This document shows positions 7,836-16,320 of a stretch of 33,281 bases of DNA, piece after piece. The stretch is from NCBI GenBank assembly GCA_048938445.1, contig JBHLME010000045.1:1-33281 (forward strand), read 5' to 3'. The first letter of the stretch is position 1. Every line of letters starts with the position of its first letter. This DNA comes from Promethearchaeota archaeon. Its GTDB lineage: Archaea > Asgardarchaeota > Lokiarchaeia > Sigyniarchaeales > SOKP01. The notes beneath the pieces are model-generated. The model was not told the DNA's origin. It searched no databases and was given only the letters and a program-made list of their open reading frames with translations. Both the position numbers and the translations under genes were made by a program.

Positions 7836-9647
7836 ATGTCTGATACTAATCAAACAGAGCCTCAAGATGGATCAAATGAATCAGTCATTAAAGAGGAAGT
7901 TAGATTACAGTTCCATTGGTATATCTTTATTTTTATTGTAATTTATTATGGTTCTTGGATTTTTCCAATATTATTGTTCTTTTTATATGTAGGATTATAT
8001 TTTGGACCTTATTTTTTAGATGAGACTAACTTTTTTGCTCTTTTTTTAAATTTAAATTCCTTAATAAGTCTATTAACAATGCCATTGATAATTATAGGAT
8101 GTTATGTTCTCCATTTATTTTTGAATGGAGTGATTACACGTGTATTCTGGTCAATTACCGAAAAAATTTCACCTACTAAATCAGGTGTTATTCCTAGAAA
8201 TTTTACGAGCAAGACATTAAAATTTTATCATATAAGGAGTTTTTTTTTAAAATATCCCAAAAATACATTTATGAAAGGCCCATTTCCATGGTTTACAAAA
8301 TATTTGTATAATTTTGTTGGTACGAGTAAAATTGGCAAGGGAACTACTATTGAGGAATCTGTAGTTAGCGCTAAACATTATGAAATAGGTAGAAATTGTT
8401 ATTTTGGTGTAAATTCCTCAATTGCTAGTCATTTAGTAGAAGGTATCTTTGGAAATATAAATTATTTTAAAATTAAAATTGGGGATAATGTAACAGCAGC
8501 AGGAGCTAATCAAATAGGTCCTGGATCTGAAATACATGACAATTCTCATCTATTACCTTTAGCATCATGCACAAAACATAGCGTATTAAAAGGAAATAAC
8601 TACTACTATGGAATTCCTTTACGAAAAATATTTAAAAAAAAACTATTTGAAATCTTAAAATTTTCACCTGATCAATTTAATGAAGATATTGTAATAAAAA
8701 GAGAAAAAAGAATTAAGATTGAAGATGAAAATGAATTTAAAGAAAACGAGCAAAAAAGAGATAAAGCTCTTGATGAGCAGAATGATTACGATAAATCAGA
8801 ATTATTAATTGATTTTGCTACAAGCAGTGCAATTAGTAGGGTTAATTTGAAATTTCTGATTGTATATATCCCTATTTTATGGTTTAGCGGCTTTTTAGTT
8901 ACTATATATGTACATTTAATTACATGGGCACCATCGCAAATATATATCGTTTTAAGTTTAATGCCGATTTCACTAATCATCATGATATATTTATTCATCT
9001 TGGGAAATCTAATAATGTGTAAACTCTTACTTGTTTTAATTAATCTTATTCATAAACCTAAAGAGGGGGTATTTCGTGCAGAAATTGGAGATATGGATTA
9101 TGAATTTTGGATGTTAAGAACAGAATTAAAAAAAATTGTATTATGGTTAGTAAGAAATTCCCCCTTACCTTGGTTAGATGTCATTGCAATTAAATTGTTT
9201 GGAGTAAAGATAGATTTTTCAAGCCATCTAACTGATGCATGGTGCGATGTTGAATTCATAAAATTTGGTAGAAAAGTAATGGTTGGACAAGGGGCATTAG
9301 TAATGAGCTCAATGGTAGTGGGTAAATATTTAATAATTAAAAAGGTAATTTTCGATGATTATGCTTTAATTGGGGGTCATGCGACAATTGCTCCCGGAAC
9401 GATAATAGGAAAAGATTCCGTGATAGGTGCTATTTCAACAACTACTTATAATCAAATACTAGAACCAAGTTGGATTTATTTTGGTATTCCTTCAATAAAA
9501 TTGAAACCTAATAAATACGCGGAATCAAGAAGGGATGTTATAGTTAAAAAAGATGTTGATGATGAGAAGAAATTTAAAGTTATATATGAAATAAATGTCG
9601 AAGAAAGCAAGAAAACGAAAGTAAATTTCAAAGGAGATGATCTTTAA
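7836..9647 (+). CDS. Membrane protein with two tandem (transmembrane helices plus left-handed beta-helix acyltransferase-like) modules
   Basis: Two repeats of hydrophobic helices, a P-x-x-G-V...(Y/F)x(F/Y)(W/Y) motif and hexapeptide runs (KIGKGTTI, EIGRNCYFG, KIGDNVTA; KFGRKVMVG, IIGKDSVIG). Confidence 0.75.
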   Translation: MSDTNQTEPQDGSNESVIKEEVRLQFHWYIFIFIVIYYGSWIFPILLFFLYVGLYFGPYFLDETNFFALFLNLNSLISLLTMPLIIIGCYVLHLFLNGVITRVFWSITEKISPTKSGVIPRNFTSKTLKFYHIRSFFLKYPKNTFMKGPFPWFTKYLYNFVGTSKIGKGTTIEESVVSAKHYEIGRNCYFGVNSSIASHLVEGIFGNINYFKIKIGDNVTAAGANQIGPGSEIHDNSHLLPLASCTKHSVLKGNNYYYGIPLRKIFKKKLFEILKFSPDQFNEDIVIKREKRIKIEDENEFKENEQKRDKALDEQNDYDKSELLIDFATSSAISRVNLKFLIVYIPILWFSGFLVTIYVHLITWAPSQIYIVLSLMPISLIIMIYLFILGNLIMCKLLLVLINLIHKPKEGVFRAEIGDMDYEFWMLRTELKKIVLWLVRNSPLPWLDVIAIKLFGVKIDFSSHLTDAWCDVEFIKFGRKVMVGQGALVMSSMVVGKYLIIKKVIFDDYALIGGHATIAPGTIIGKDSVIGAISTTTYNQILEPSWIYFGIPSIKLKPNKYAESRRDVIVKKDVDDEKKFKVIYEINVEESKKTKVNFKGDDL

Positions 9648-9665
9648 ACGTCTGTTCCTAACACC

Positions 9666-10556
9666 ATGCGTATTGGGCCTTTTACTCCAACAATATTGCC
9701 TAAGAAACGATATCTATTACTTCATGTTTTCCTTATATGGATTACAATCATCCCGATTTTACTCGAATTTTGGTTTTTTTGGCAAGAAATGTTCCATTGG
9801 AAATATATATTTGAATGGAGAATCATTCATTTCTTTCTCTTCCTTCCTATTATATGTATTTTAATGTATGTCACGGCAGTTCTATTCTCAATAATTTTTA
9901 CGAAATTTATCTTGATCATTGTAAATTTTATGCATAAACCTCAAGAAGGTGTTTTTTTAAGAAATACTTCGAATAAACATTATAGATATTGGTGTCTAAG
10001 GAATTTGCTTAAAAAATGGTCAACCTGGCTAGCACATAAGTTCCCATTTCCTTTTATGGATAATATTTGTTTTAAAATATTTGGAGTAAACACTAAAATC
10101 TCTAACTCTCTCTTCGAAGGATGGGTTGATTGCGAATTTATAGATTTTGGTAAGGACGTGGTTGTTGGTCAAGGTGCAATAGTACAATCTGCTGTTATCA
10201 TTGGCGACTATTTAATAATAAGAAAAACAATCATAGAAGACAATGTTAGAATTGGATCTCATGCGTTTGTTATGCCTGGAACGCACATAGGTAAGAATTG
10301 TATATTAGCAGCAAACTCTTCAACGGTTATTGAACAGCAATTAGATGAAGGGTGGATCTATGTGGGTATTCCTGCTAAAAAATTCAAAAGAAATATATTT
10401 TTTGATAAAGGTTTGGAATCCTTGATTGGATATGTAGAAGATGTGGAATTATTAAGAGAAAAATATGAAAAAGTATATACTAAACTTAAATTAAGAGAAA
10501 GAATGGAAATTAAAAAGGAGAAAAAAGAAGAAGAAAAACATAGATGGGAAATTTAA
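9666..10556 (+). CDS. Membrane protein with one transmembrane plus LbH acyltransferase-like module; paralog of the upstream gene
   Basis: HKPQEGVF..YRYWCLR and WVDCEFIDFGKDVVVGQGA align by eye with HKPKEGVF..YEFWMLR and WCDVEFIKFGRKVMVGQGA of the upstream ORF. Confidence 0.78.
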   Translation: MRIGPFTPTILPKKRYLLLHVFLIWITIIPILLEFWFFWQEMFHWKYIFEWRIIHFFLFLPIICILMYVTAVLFSIIFTKFILIIVNFMHKPQEGVFLRNTSNKHYRYWCLRNLLKKWSTWLAHKFPFPFMDNICFKIFGVNTKISNSLFEGWVDCEFIDFGKDVVVGQGAIVQSAVIIGDYLIIRKTIIEDNVRIGSHAFVMPGTHIGKNCILAANSSTVIEQQLDEGWIYVGIPAKKFKRNIFFDKGLESLIGYVEDVELLREKYEKVYTKLKLRERMEIKKEKKEEEKHRWEI

Positions 10557-10589
10557 TCTATAGAGTAATCAAATATTGAACTTTCATTT

Positions 10590-11300
10590 TTACATCTTTA
10601 AATAATACTTCGAAACATTTATAATATCTATCACTTCAGATTCTGGTACATCATACCAACTTTTATAAGCTTCAGCAACTGCGAATCGCCAAACATCTCT
10701 TGTATTGGGGCAAAAAATATAATCAACTTTGTCTTTAATTCTATTCACCGTGCTTATTGGTGCAGTAGGAACTGATATAAAAATTTGATTTGGATCATAA
10801 TTTTTAACCATTTTAATTGCTGCTAACATGGTAAAACCTGATGCTAATCCATCATCAATCATGAAAATGCTCTTACGATTTATATTTTTAAAATAATTCT
10901 TGTCTTTAATATCCTCTTTATTGTATAATTTCAAACGCTCTTTAATTTCATTTTTAGTTATCTCTATAGAATTATTTAATTGTTCATTGGTTAATTTTAG
11001 TTGATCATATAATGGTTGGTTAATTAATAATGTACCATCAGTGGTAATAGACCCAAACCCTGCTTCAGTATTCCATGGAATTTTAATTTTTCGCACGATT
11101 AAGAAATCATATTTTATCTTTAATATAGAACAAAATCCCTCAGCTACAGGTATCCCTCCGTTCGGAATTGCAAAACAAAAAAAATTTTTAGGATTTTTTA
11201 ATACAGAATCCCATAACTCTTGATTTTCTTTCTGGATGAGATTTGCAAGGATTTTACCCGCTTCTAATCTGGATTCATATTTTATAAATTTCATTGTCAT
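10590..11300 (-). CDS. Type I phosphoribosyltransferase family protein
   Basis: PRPP-binding motif IFMIDDGLASGFTM, plus AIPNGGIPVA and VRKIKIPWNTEAGFG. Confidence 0.9.
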   Translation of the reverse strand: MTMKFIKYESRLEAGKILANLIQKENQELWDSVLKNPKNFFCFAIPNGGIPVAEGFCSILKIKYDFLIVRKIKIPWNTEAGFGSITTDGTLLINQPLYDQLKLTNEQLNNSIEITKNEIKERLKLYNKEDIKDKNYFKNINRKSIFMIDDGLASGFTMLAAIKMVKNYDPNQIFISVPTAPISTVNRIKDKVDYIFCPNTRDVWRFAVAEAYKSWYDVPESEVIDIINVSKYYLKM

Positions 11301-11376
11301 TAAAGAAAGAAGAAAATTAAAGATTTAAAACTTCTATTTAGTTAAAAAATAAAGAAAAAATTGAAAGAGGAATGTA

Positions 11377-13869
11377 TTATTTTAATGGACGAGAGTTAGC
11401 CAAGAAAATTGGCCCAATAAATTGAGAGTAAAGTTTACTATAACCCTCTTGATTGCTGACAATTGCGACTAAATCACTCTCTTTCTGTGTATATGGCGCC
11501 AGAATTACTTCTTCAGCATCTCGAGTTACAGCATAAAATTCTCCAGAAGAAGTTAATTGACGGAATTGTATGTTTCCTAAAACTTTCATTTTATTTATGA
11601 TATCTCCGTATTGGTTTAAATCAAAATGAGAAGTTAACATGAACCTTACTGCTTTCTTCTGAAACGCATATTGGGAGATTGTTTGAAGGATATCAGGTTC
11701 TACCACGGGAGTCACTACAATAATAGATGATTTAACTCGATATATAGCATCCTTTATTACCCCTAAAAGTGCATCTCTTCCTACAACTGGCCATGTAGTC
11801 ACCTCTGCAATTTCAGGTATATTACTAGAAGCTTGATGAATGTCATTTAGTTTGCTTTCATTATTTTCTGCTAATTCATTAGCATCATCAATAGAATTCA
11901 TGAATTGTAAAGTGAAATCAGCTATTGCATCCTTTACATTCTGTATCGTATCCTTGGTTGTATTATCTAGACTTTTCTGTAAATTCAATGCATTATTTTG
12001 ATATTTAGTCTTGTGATCTTCAAGCATATTGCTCAAATTGTCGTTCATTTGAGCGGCCTCATTATCCCAAAACTTGATTTCTGCATTTATTTTCTCTGAT
12101 GTGATTTTTTTAGATTTATCAAAATCAGCTCGGATTTTAGCTTGTCGGTCATTAATAAGTTTTTCATGTTTTGCTTTATATTCATTGAGTTTATTGATTT
12201 GATTTGTTATTTCTGTTGTAATATTATTTTTTGCTTCGTTAAATTTCTGATCTACTTCTTTTACCCAGTTTGTATTTTTATTCTTGATATCATTATCAAA
12301 ATCCGTGTAATGACTTAAAGAATCATTTTTATGAGTATTAATTGCTCCTTCATATTGAGAATGGTGAGTTTTTAATGAATTTTCTAAAGAATCCTTTAAT
12401 TTTAAACTCGTATCAGAGCAGTCTTTTACTCCACTTTGAAGAGTATTATCAATTTCAGTTGACATGTCTGTTGCTAAACTAGCTAATTGAGCATCAAGAG
12501 TTTCTTGTGCTTTTTTATTTAAATCACTTGTTTCCGTAGCAAGACTATCATTTTCTTTTGTCATGACACCAGTTACATCTGATTTAATCGCTTCAGTAGT
12601 TTCTTTTGTATTTTGCACGTAATCCTCCGTGATAGTGTTAAAATTTGGTCTTAACGATTCGGTTATTTGAATTACATCTCTAATCGTAATTTCATGTCTT
12701 GCTTTATATTTCTTCTTTTTACCAGCCCAGAAAAATCCTTTTTTAGCCATATCTTCTGAAAAATCAGAAAATCTATTCGCTTGTTCAATCAAGTTATTTA
12801 CTAATGTTTTTGAATTTTCTCTAAACGTATTGCATTGCTCTATTAAAGTTCTATGTCTCTCATCTACAAGGGATTTTAGATCAATTTGAAGAGTATCAGT
12901 AGTGCCCTTTACATGAGTTTTATGTTCTGCTAATAATCTTGAGATTTTATCTTTTAAATCTTCAACGACTTTATTCATCCGTTCTAAATATTTTTCTAAT
13001 ATTTGTTCCATTCTTGGTTTGAGGTCATTTGCTATGTCTTTATGTCTCTCTACATGTTCATCTAGATCCTTTTTTAGTTCACTATCTAAATCACTTACAC
13101 GATTACCAAAATCGGACAAAAGATCGCTGATTAATTTTTCTAAATTTGATTTCCTGTTATTTATTGAAGTTTCATTTTCAGACACAAATGATTGAGAGAT
13201 AGACTTAAGATTTGCATTTAATCCATCATGAATAGTATGAGTATTTGCTTCTAAAGTCTTTGATTGACTATTTTGATCATCCTTTATCCCTGTTAACTCA
13301 TTGTCTAATTGTTCTATATCATTTTTTAATTCTGCAAAATCTTTTTCAATATTAGCATGAAGATCAGATTCAAGTGTTTTATTTGTGTCTGTAAATCTGG
13401 TCGTAGCACTATCAATTCGGTTCTTTTTATTTTCATTTTTAGAATCTGAATCTTGAAAAAAATCATTAATTTGATTTTTAACAGCAGTATCAACTTCAGT
13501 TAAACTTTTATTTTGTATCGATTCAAGCTTTTCAAATCTACTAGATTGATCTGCTAAAATAGCATCCTTTATCTTGCTAATTTCTTCCCTAAATAATTCA
13601 GATTCTTTAGTAAATAATCCAAAATAAGGTTCAAGTGGAATATATCTAGGAACCATTCCCTCTACTTTTTTAAGGAAACCCTTTTCAACTAAATTCTCCG
13701 TGATTTCTTCGACTTTCGCATATTCATATTCGTAGATTTCTTCTAATGTCATGAAAACTTCGCTAATAGTAGCTCTAGGCACTTTTAAATAAATTAAATA
13801 CACGTTAATATCATCTTCTGTAAAACCATAGCGAGTAAATATTTCCTTGGTAAATTCTTTGAGACTCAA
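11377..13869 (-). CDS. TrmB-like protein: N-terminal wHTH, very long coiled coil, C-terminal TrmB effector (PLD-like) domain
   Basis: N-terminal YGFTEDDINVYL...LVEKGFL...PRYIPLEP; about 600 aa of Pro-poor helical heptad-rich sequence; C-terminal WPVVGRDAL...KSSIIVVTP...TRDAEEVILAP. TTG start. Confidence 0.7.
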   Translation of the reverse strand: MSLKEFTKEIFTRYGFTEDDINVYLIYLKVPRATISEVFMTLEEIYEYEYAKVEEITENLVEKGFLKKVEGMVPRYIPLEPYFGLFTKESELFREEISKIKDAILADQSSRFEKLESIQNKSLTEVDTAVKNQINDFFQDSDSKNENKKNRIDSATTRFTDTNKTLESDLHANIEKDFAELKNDIEQLDNELTGIKDDQNSQSKTLEANTHTIHDGLNANLKSISQSFVSENETSINNRKSNLEKLISDLLSDFGNRVSDLDSELKKDLDEHVERHKDIANDLKPRMEQILEKYLERMNKVVEDLKDKISRLLAEHKTHVKGTTDTLQIDLKSLVDERHRTLIEQCNTFRENSKTLVNNLIEQANRFSDFSEDMAKKGFFWAGKKKKYKARHEITIRDVIQITESLRPNFNTITEDYVQNTKETTEAIKSDVTGVMTKENDSLATETSDLNKKAQETLDAQLASLATDMSTEIDNTLQSGVKDCSDTSLKLKDSLENSLKTHHSQYEGAINTHKNDSLSHYTDFDNDIKNKNTNWVKEVDQKFNEAKNNITTEITNQINKLNEYKAKHEKLINDRQAKIRADFDKSKKITSEKINAEIKFWDNEAAQMNDNLSNMLEDHKTKYQNNALNLQKSLDNTTKDTIQNVKDAIADFTLQFMNSIDDANELAENNESKLNDIHQASSNIPEIAEVTTWPVVGRDALLGVIKDAIYRVKSSIIVVTPVVEPDILQTISQYAFQKKAVRFMLTSHFDLNQYGDIINKMKVLGNIQFRQLTSSGEFYAVTRDAEEVILAPYTQKESDLVAIVSNQEGYSKLYSQFIGPIFLANSRPLK

Positions 13870-14140
13870 TTTTTATCACATTATTGGTAGTTATAATTCT
13901 AATTCTATTTTATTAGAAATTTAGATTAAAAATATAATGGTTATCATATTTAATAATATTTTCTAATGTATTAGGAATAAAAAATTTATGCCCTTTATTT
14001 ATATATATTCTAATTTTATTGATATTCTTACCATTTTATAATAGAATTATGATGATCATCAAATGGGAAAGTTTATTCCTCAATTCTTTTTAAAGCGGAT
14101 GTTTTTATTATACTTAAAACCGATTTAAAATTGAAATACA

Positions 14141-14827
14141 ATGAAAAAAGTAAATAAAATAGTGTTAGGTGCCCTATTATTAACAACACTCTTCTCAATT
14201 ATCAGTTTTAGCAATGCTTCTGCAGCAGATATTCCAGTCATTGCTTCTGACAATGTACCATTTGAAGCACAAGTACAAGCACATGTAAGAACGACATATC
14301 GTTTTCAAAATCAGACACGATTGACGATTAATAGCTCTGTAGATTGTGATATGATTATGATTTGTGAAGCATCGAAAATAGGAGAAAAATATTTTGAAAT
14401 TCAGATTGTAGATGCTCCACACGATTTGCAAATGAACATGACATGTACTGAAGAACAAGCAGAATTGGGATTACTCTTAGGTACTAGACATACTGCAAGA
14501 AATAGAAATAGATATGTTTATCAAGAGGCTTTCTGTGTAGCTTTAAAATGCAATGCAACCTCTATACAGGCTAGACTAATGATATTAGCAACTGCACAAA
14601 ATGGTGGTGGAACATGGGCGTACTATGACGAAGCAAATGGAGAATGGGTCTCTGTCCCAACTACGATTGAAAATGGATATTTAGTTGCAACAACCAATCA
14701 TTTTTCTACTTGGACAGTTTTAATCCCTGAAGTGGATATACTTCCCTATATCATTGTTGGTGTCATTATTGGAATAATTGCTGCAATATCTGTTGTTGGA
14801 ATAGTGATTTACAAAAAAAAGAGATAA
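14141..14827 (+). CDS. Secreted beta-rich protein with C-terminal membrane anchor
   Basis: Signal peptide ending ASA; WAYYDEANGEW...TNHFSTW surface-protein-like motif; C-terminal TM helix followed by KKKR. Confidence 0.75.
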   Translation: MKKVNKIVLGALLLTTLFSIISFSNASAADIPVIASDNVPFEAQVQAHVRTTYRFQNQTRLTINSSVDCDMIMICEASKIGEKYFEIQIVDAPHDLQMNMTCTEEQAELGLLLGTRHTARNRNRYVYQEAFCVALKCNATSIQARLMILATAQNGGGTWAYYDEANGEWVSVPTTIENGYLVATTNHFSTWTVLIPEVDILPYIIVGVIIGIIAAISVVGIVIYKKKR

Positions 14828-14845
14828 ATGAATAAATTCCCATCC

Positions 14846-14858
14846 TTTTTTTTTTTTT
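14846..14858 (+). terminator. Oligo(dT) tract, candidate archaeal intrinsic terminator
   Basis: 13 consecutive T beginning about 19 bp after the stop of 14141..14827. Confidence 0.45.
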
Positions 14859-14905
14859 ATAAATTTTAATATTTGAAAACAAATTAAAAAATCAAATAAA
14901 GAATC

Positions 14906-16156
14906 ATGAGAAATAAGAAGTTAAAAGTATTCAGTATTCTATTATTCTTTTTTATTAGTTTTCAATTATCCTTTTTTTTTATAGCATATAATGTAAGAGG
15001 TATAGATGTTCCTGGTTTTAAATATCAAGCTAGGATTAATGCTAACCAAACTATCGCTTATCATTTCAACAATAACATTGAGTTTGAAATTTCTACAAAT
15101 GTAATATTAAATAATTTAAGCATTGAGTATGAAAATCAAATCCAAAACCGTCAAATTTCTCTAACTATAATGAATAATAAATCTATATCTTTAAATGTTA
15201 CATCCAAGAAAGAAATAAATAATTTTGCACCATCAAAAATTCCTAAAGAACCCATGATTGGTGGTTTTCAATTAAGAAATAATTATGGTTGTATTTATAG
15301 TTTAAAGGCAAATCAAACAATTCAAAATATAACTATTCGTTATAGAAAAATTATTCAATTTGGACTCAATCTTCAATTAAATTATTCTTTTGCTTTATTT
15401 AAATCAACCCAAGACTCTTGGGAAATAGTTAAAACTATTGAAAAAGTAAACCAGTCAAGTTCTGAACGATATTTAGAAATTACATTATTAAACCTTGAAG
15501 GAAATGAAGAATACTTTTTTACACTTTATGAAGTAAACGAATACCCATATGATTGGACTGGTTTAATCATTACTATTATTATTCTTGTCTTAGTTGGAGT
15601 TATATCACTTGTAATTGTTATTTCTAAGCAAGATTTTATCAACTACATTAAAACTCGTAACATTCTAATTGATAAGGGTGCTCATCGATTATCTCTAGAT
15701 GATGTTTTGGAAAATGAGAATCGTAATAAAATTATTGATATCATCCTTGATGAGCCTGGTATTCATTTTAATGAATTACTCAGAAAAACAGATTTAGCCG
15801 CCGGAAATTTAGTATGGCATTTAGAAATTTTAAGTAAATATAAAATTATCGGTAAAAAAGACATAGGTAGATACGTTGCTTATTTTCCTTATTATCCAAA
15901 AAATCCAATATCAAATTTAGATTTAAAACTTCAAAAGAGTAAATTAACATTACAAATTTTAGAAATGATTGAAGAAAAACCAGGTATTTGGAATAGTATT
16001 ATCAAGAAAAAAATGAACGTTGATCACAAAACAATTTATTATCATACATCTAAATTGATTGAATTGAATTTAATTATCGTAAAAAAAGATGGAAGGAAGA
16101 AGAAATTTTATCCAAATCTGGAATCTGAATATTATAGTAATAAAATTCTTCAATAG
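14906..16156 (+). CDS. Membrane-anchored transcriptional regulator: ectodomain, TM helix, tandem winged-HTH domains
   Basis: N-terminal signal/TM; TM LIITIIILVLVGVISLVIVI; wHTH1 NRNKIIDII..EPGIHFNELLRK..LAAGNLVWHLEIL; wHTH2 ILEMIEEKPGI...HKTIYYH..KL. Confidence 0.85.
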   Translation: MRNKKLKVFSILLFFFISFQLSFFFIAYNVRGIDVPGFKYQARINANQTIAYHFNNNIEFEISTNVILNNLSIEYENQIQNRQISLTIMNNKSISLNVTSKKEINNFAPSKIPKEPMIGGFQLRNNYGCIYSLKANQTIQNITIRYRKIIQFGLNLQLNYSFALFKSTQDSWEIVKTIEKVNQSSSERYLEITLLNLEGNEEYFFTLYEVNEYPYDWTGLIITIIILVLVGVISLVIVISKQDFINYIKTRNILIDKGAHRLSLDDVLENENRNKIIDIILDEPGIHFNELLRKTDLAAGNLVWHLEILSKYKIIGKKDIGRYVAYFPYYPKNPISNLDLKLQKSKLTLQILEMIEEKPGIWNSIIKKKMNVDHKTIYYHTSKLIELNLIIVKKDGRKKKFYPNLESEYYSNKILQ

Positions 16157-16320
16157 ATTAAATTGATCATATCTTTTGAAATTGTTATGTGGAATTGCAA
16201 CTAACCAAAATTTTTGAATTAAATTCAATATATATTTAAAAACTAAAGCGATATTTTACAATTATAATTTTATATATTAGAAAAAATAAGATTATAATAT
16301 ATATAAAATATAAATAAAAA

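Noticed and set aside
9637-9864. 75-aa ORF overlapping both LbH genes in another frame
   Set aside because: The AAGGAG abuts the ATG with no spacing, there are no motifs, and it overlaps a clearly homologous module in the other frame.
11377-13869. SMC/Rad50 or chemoreceptor interpretation of the long coiled-coil protein
   Set aside because: No Walker A/B, ABC signature, zinc hook or MCP hairpin signature, and no TM helices.
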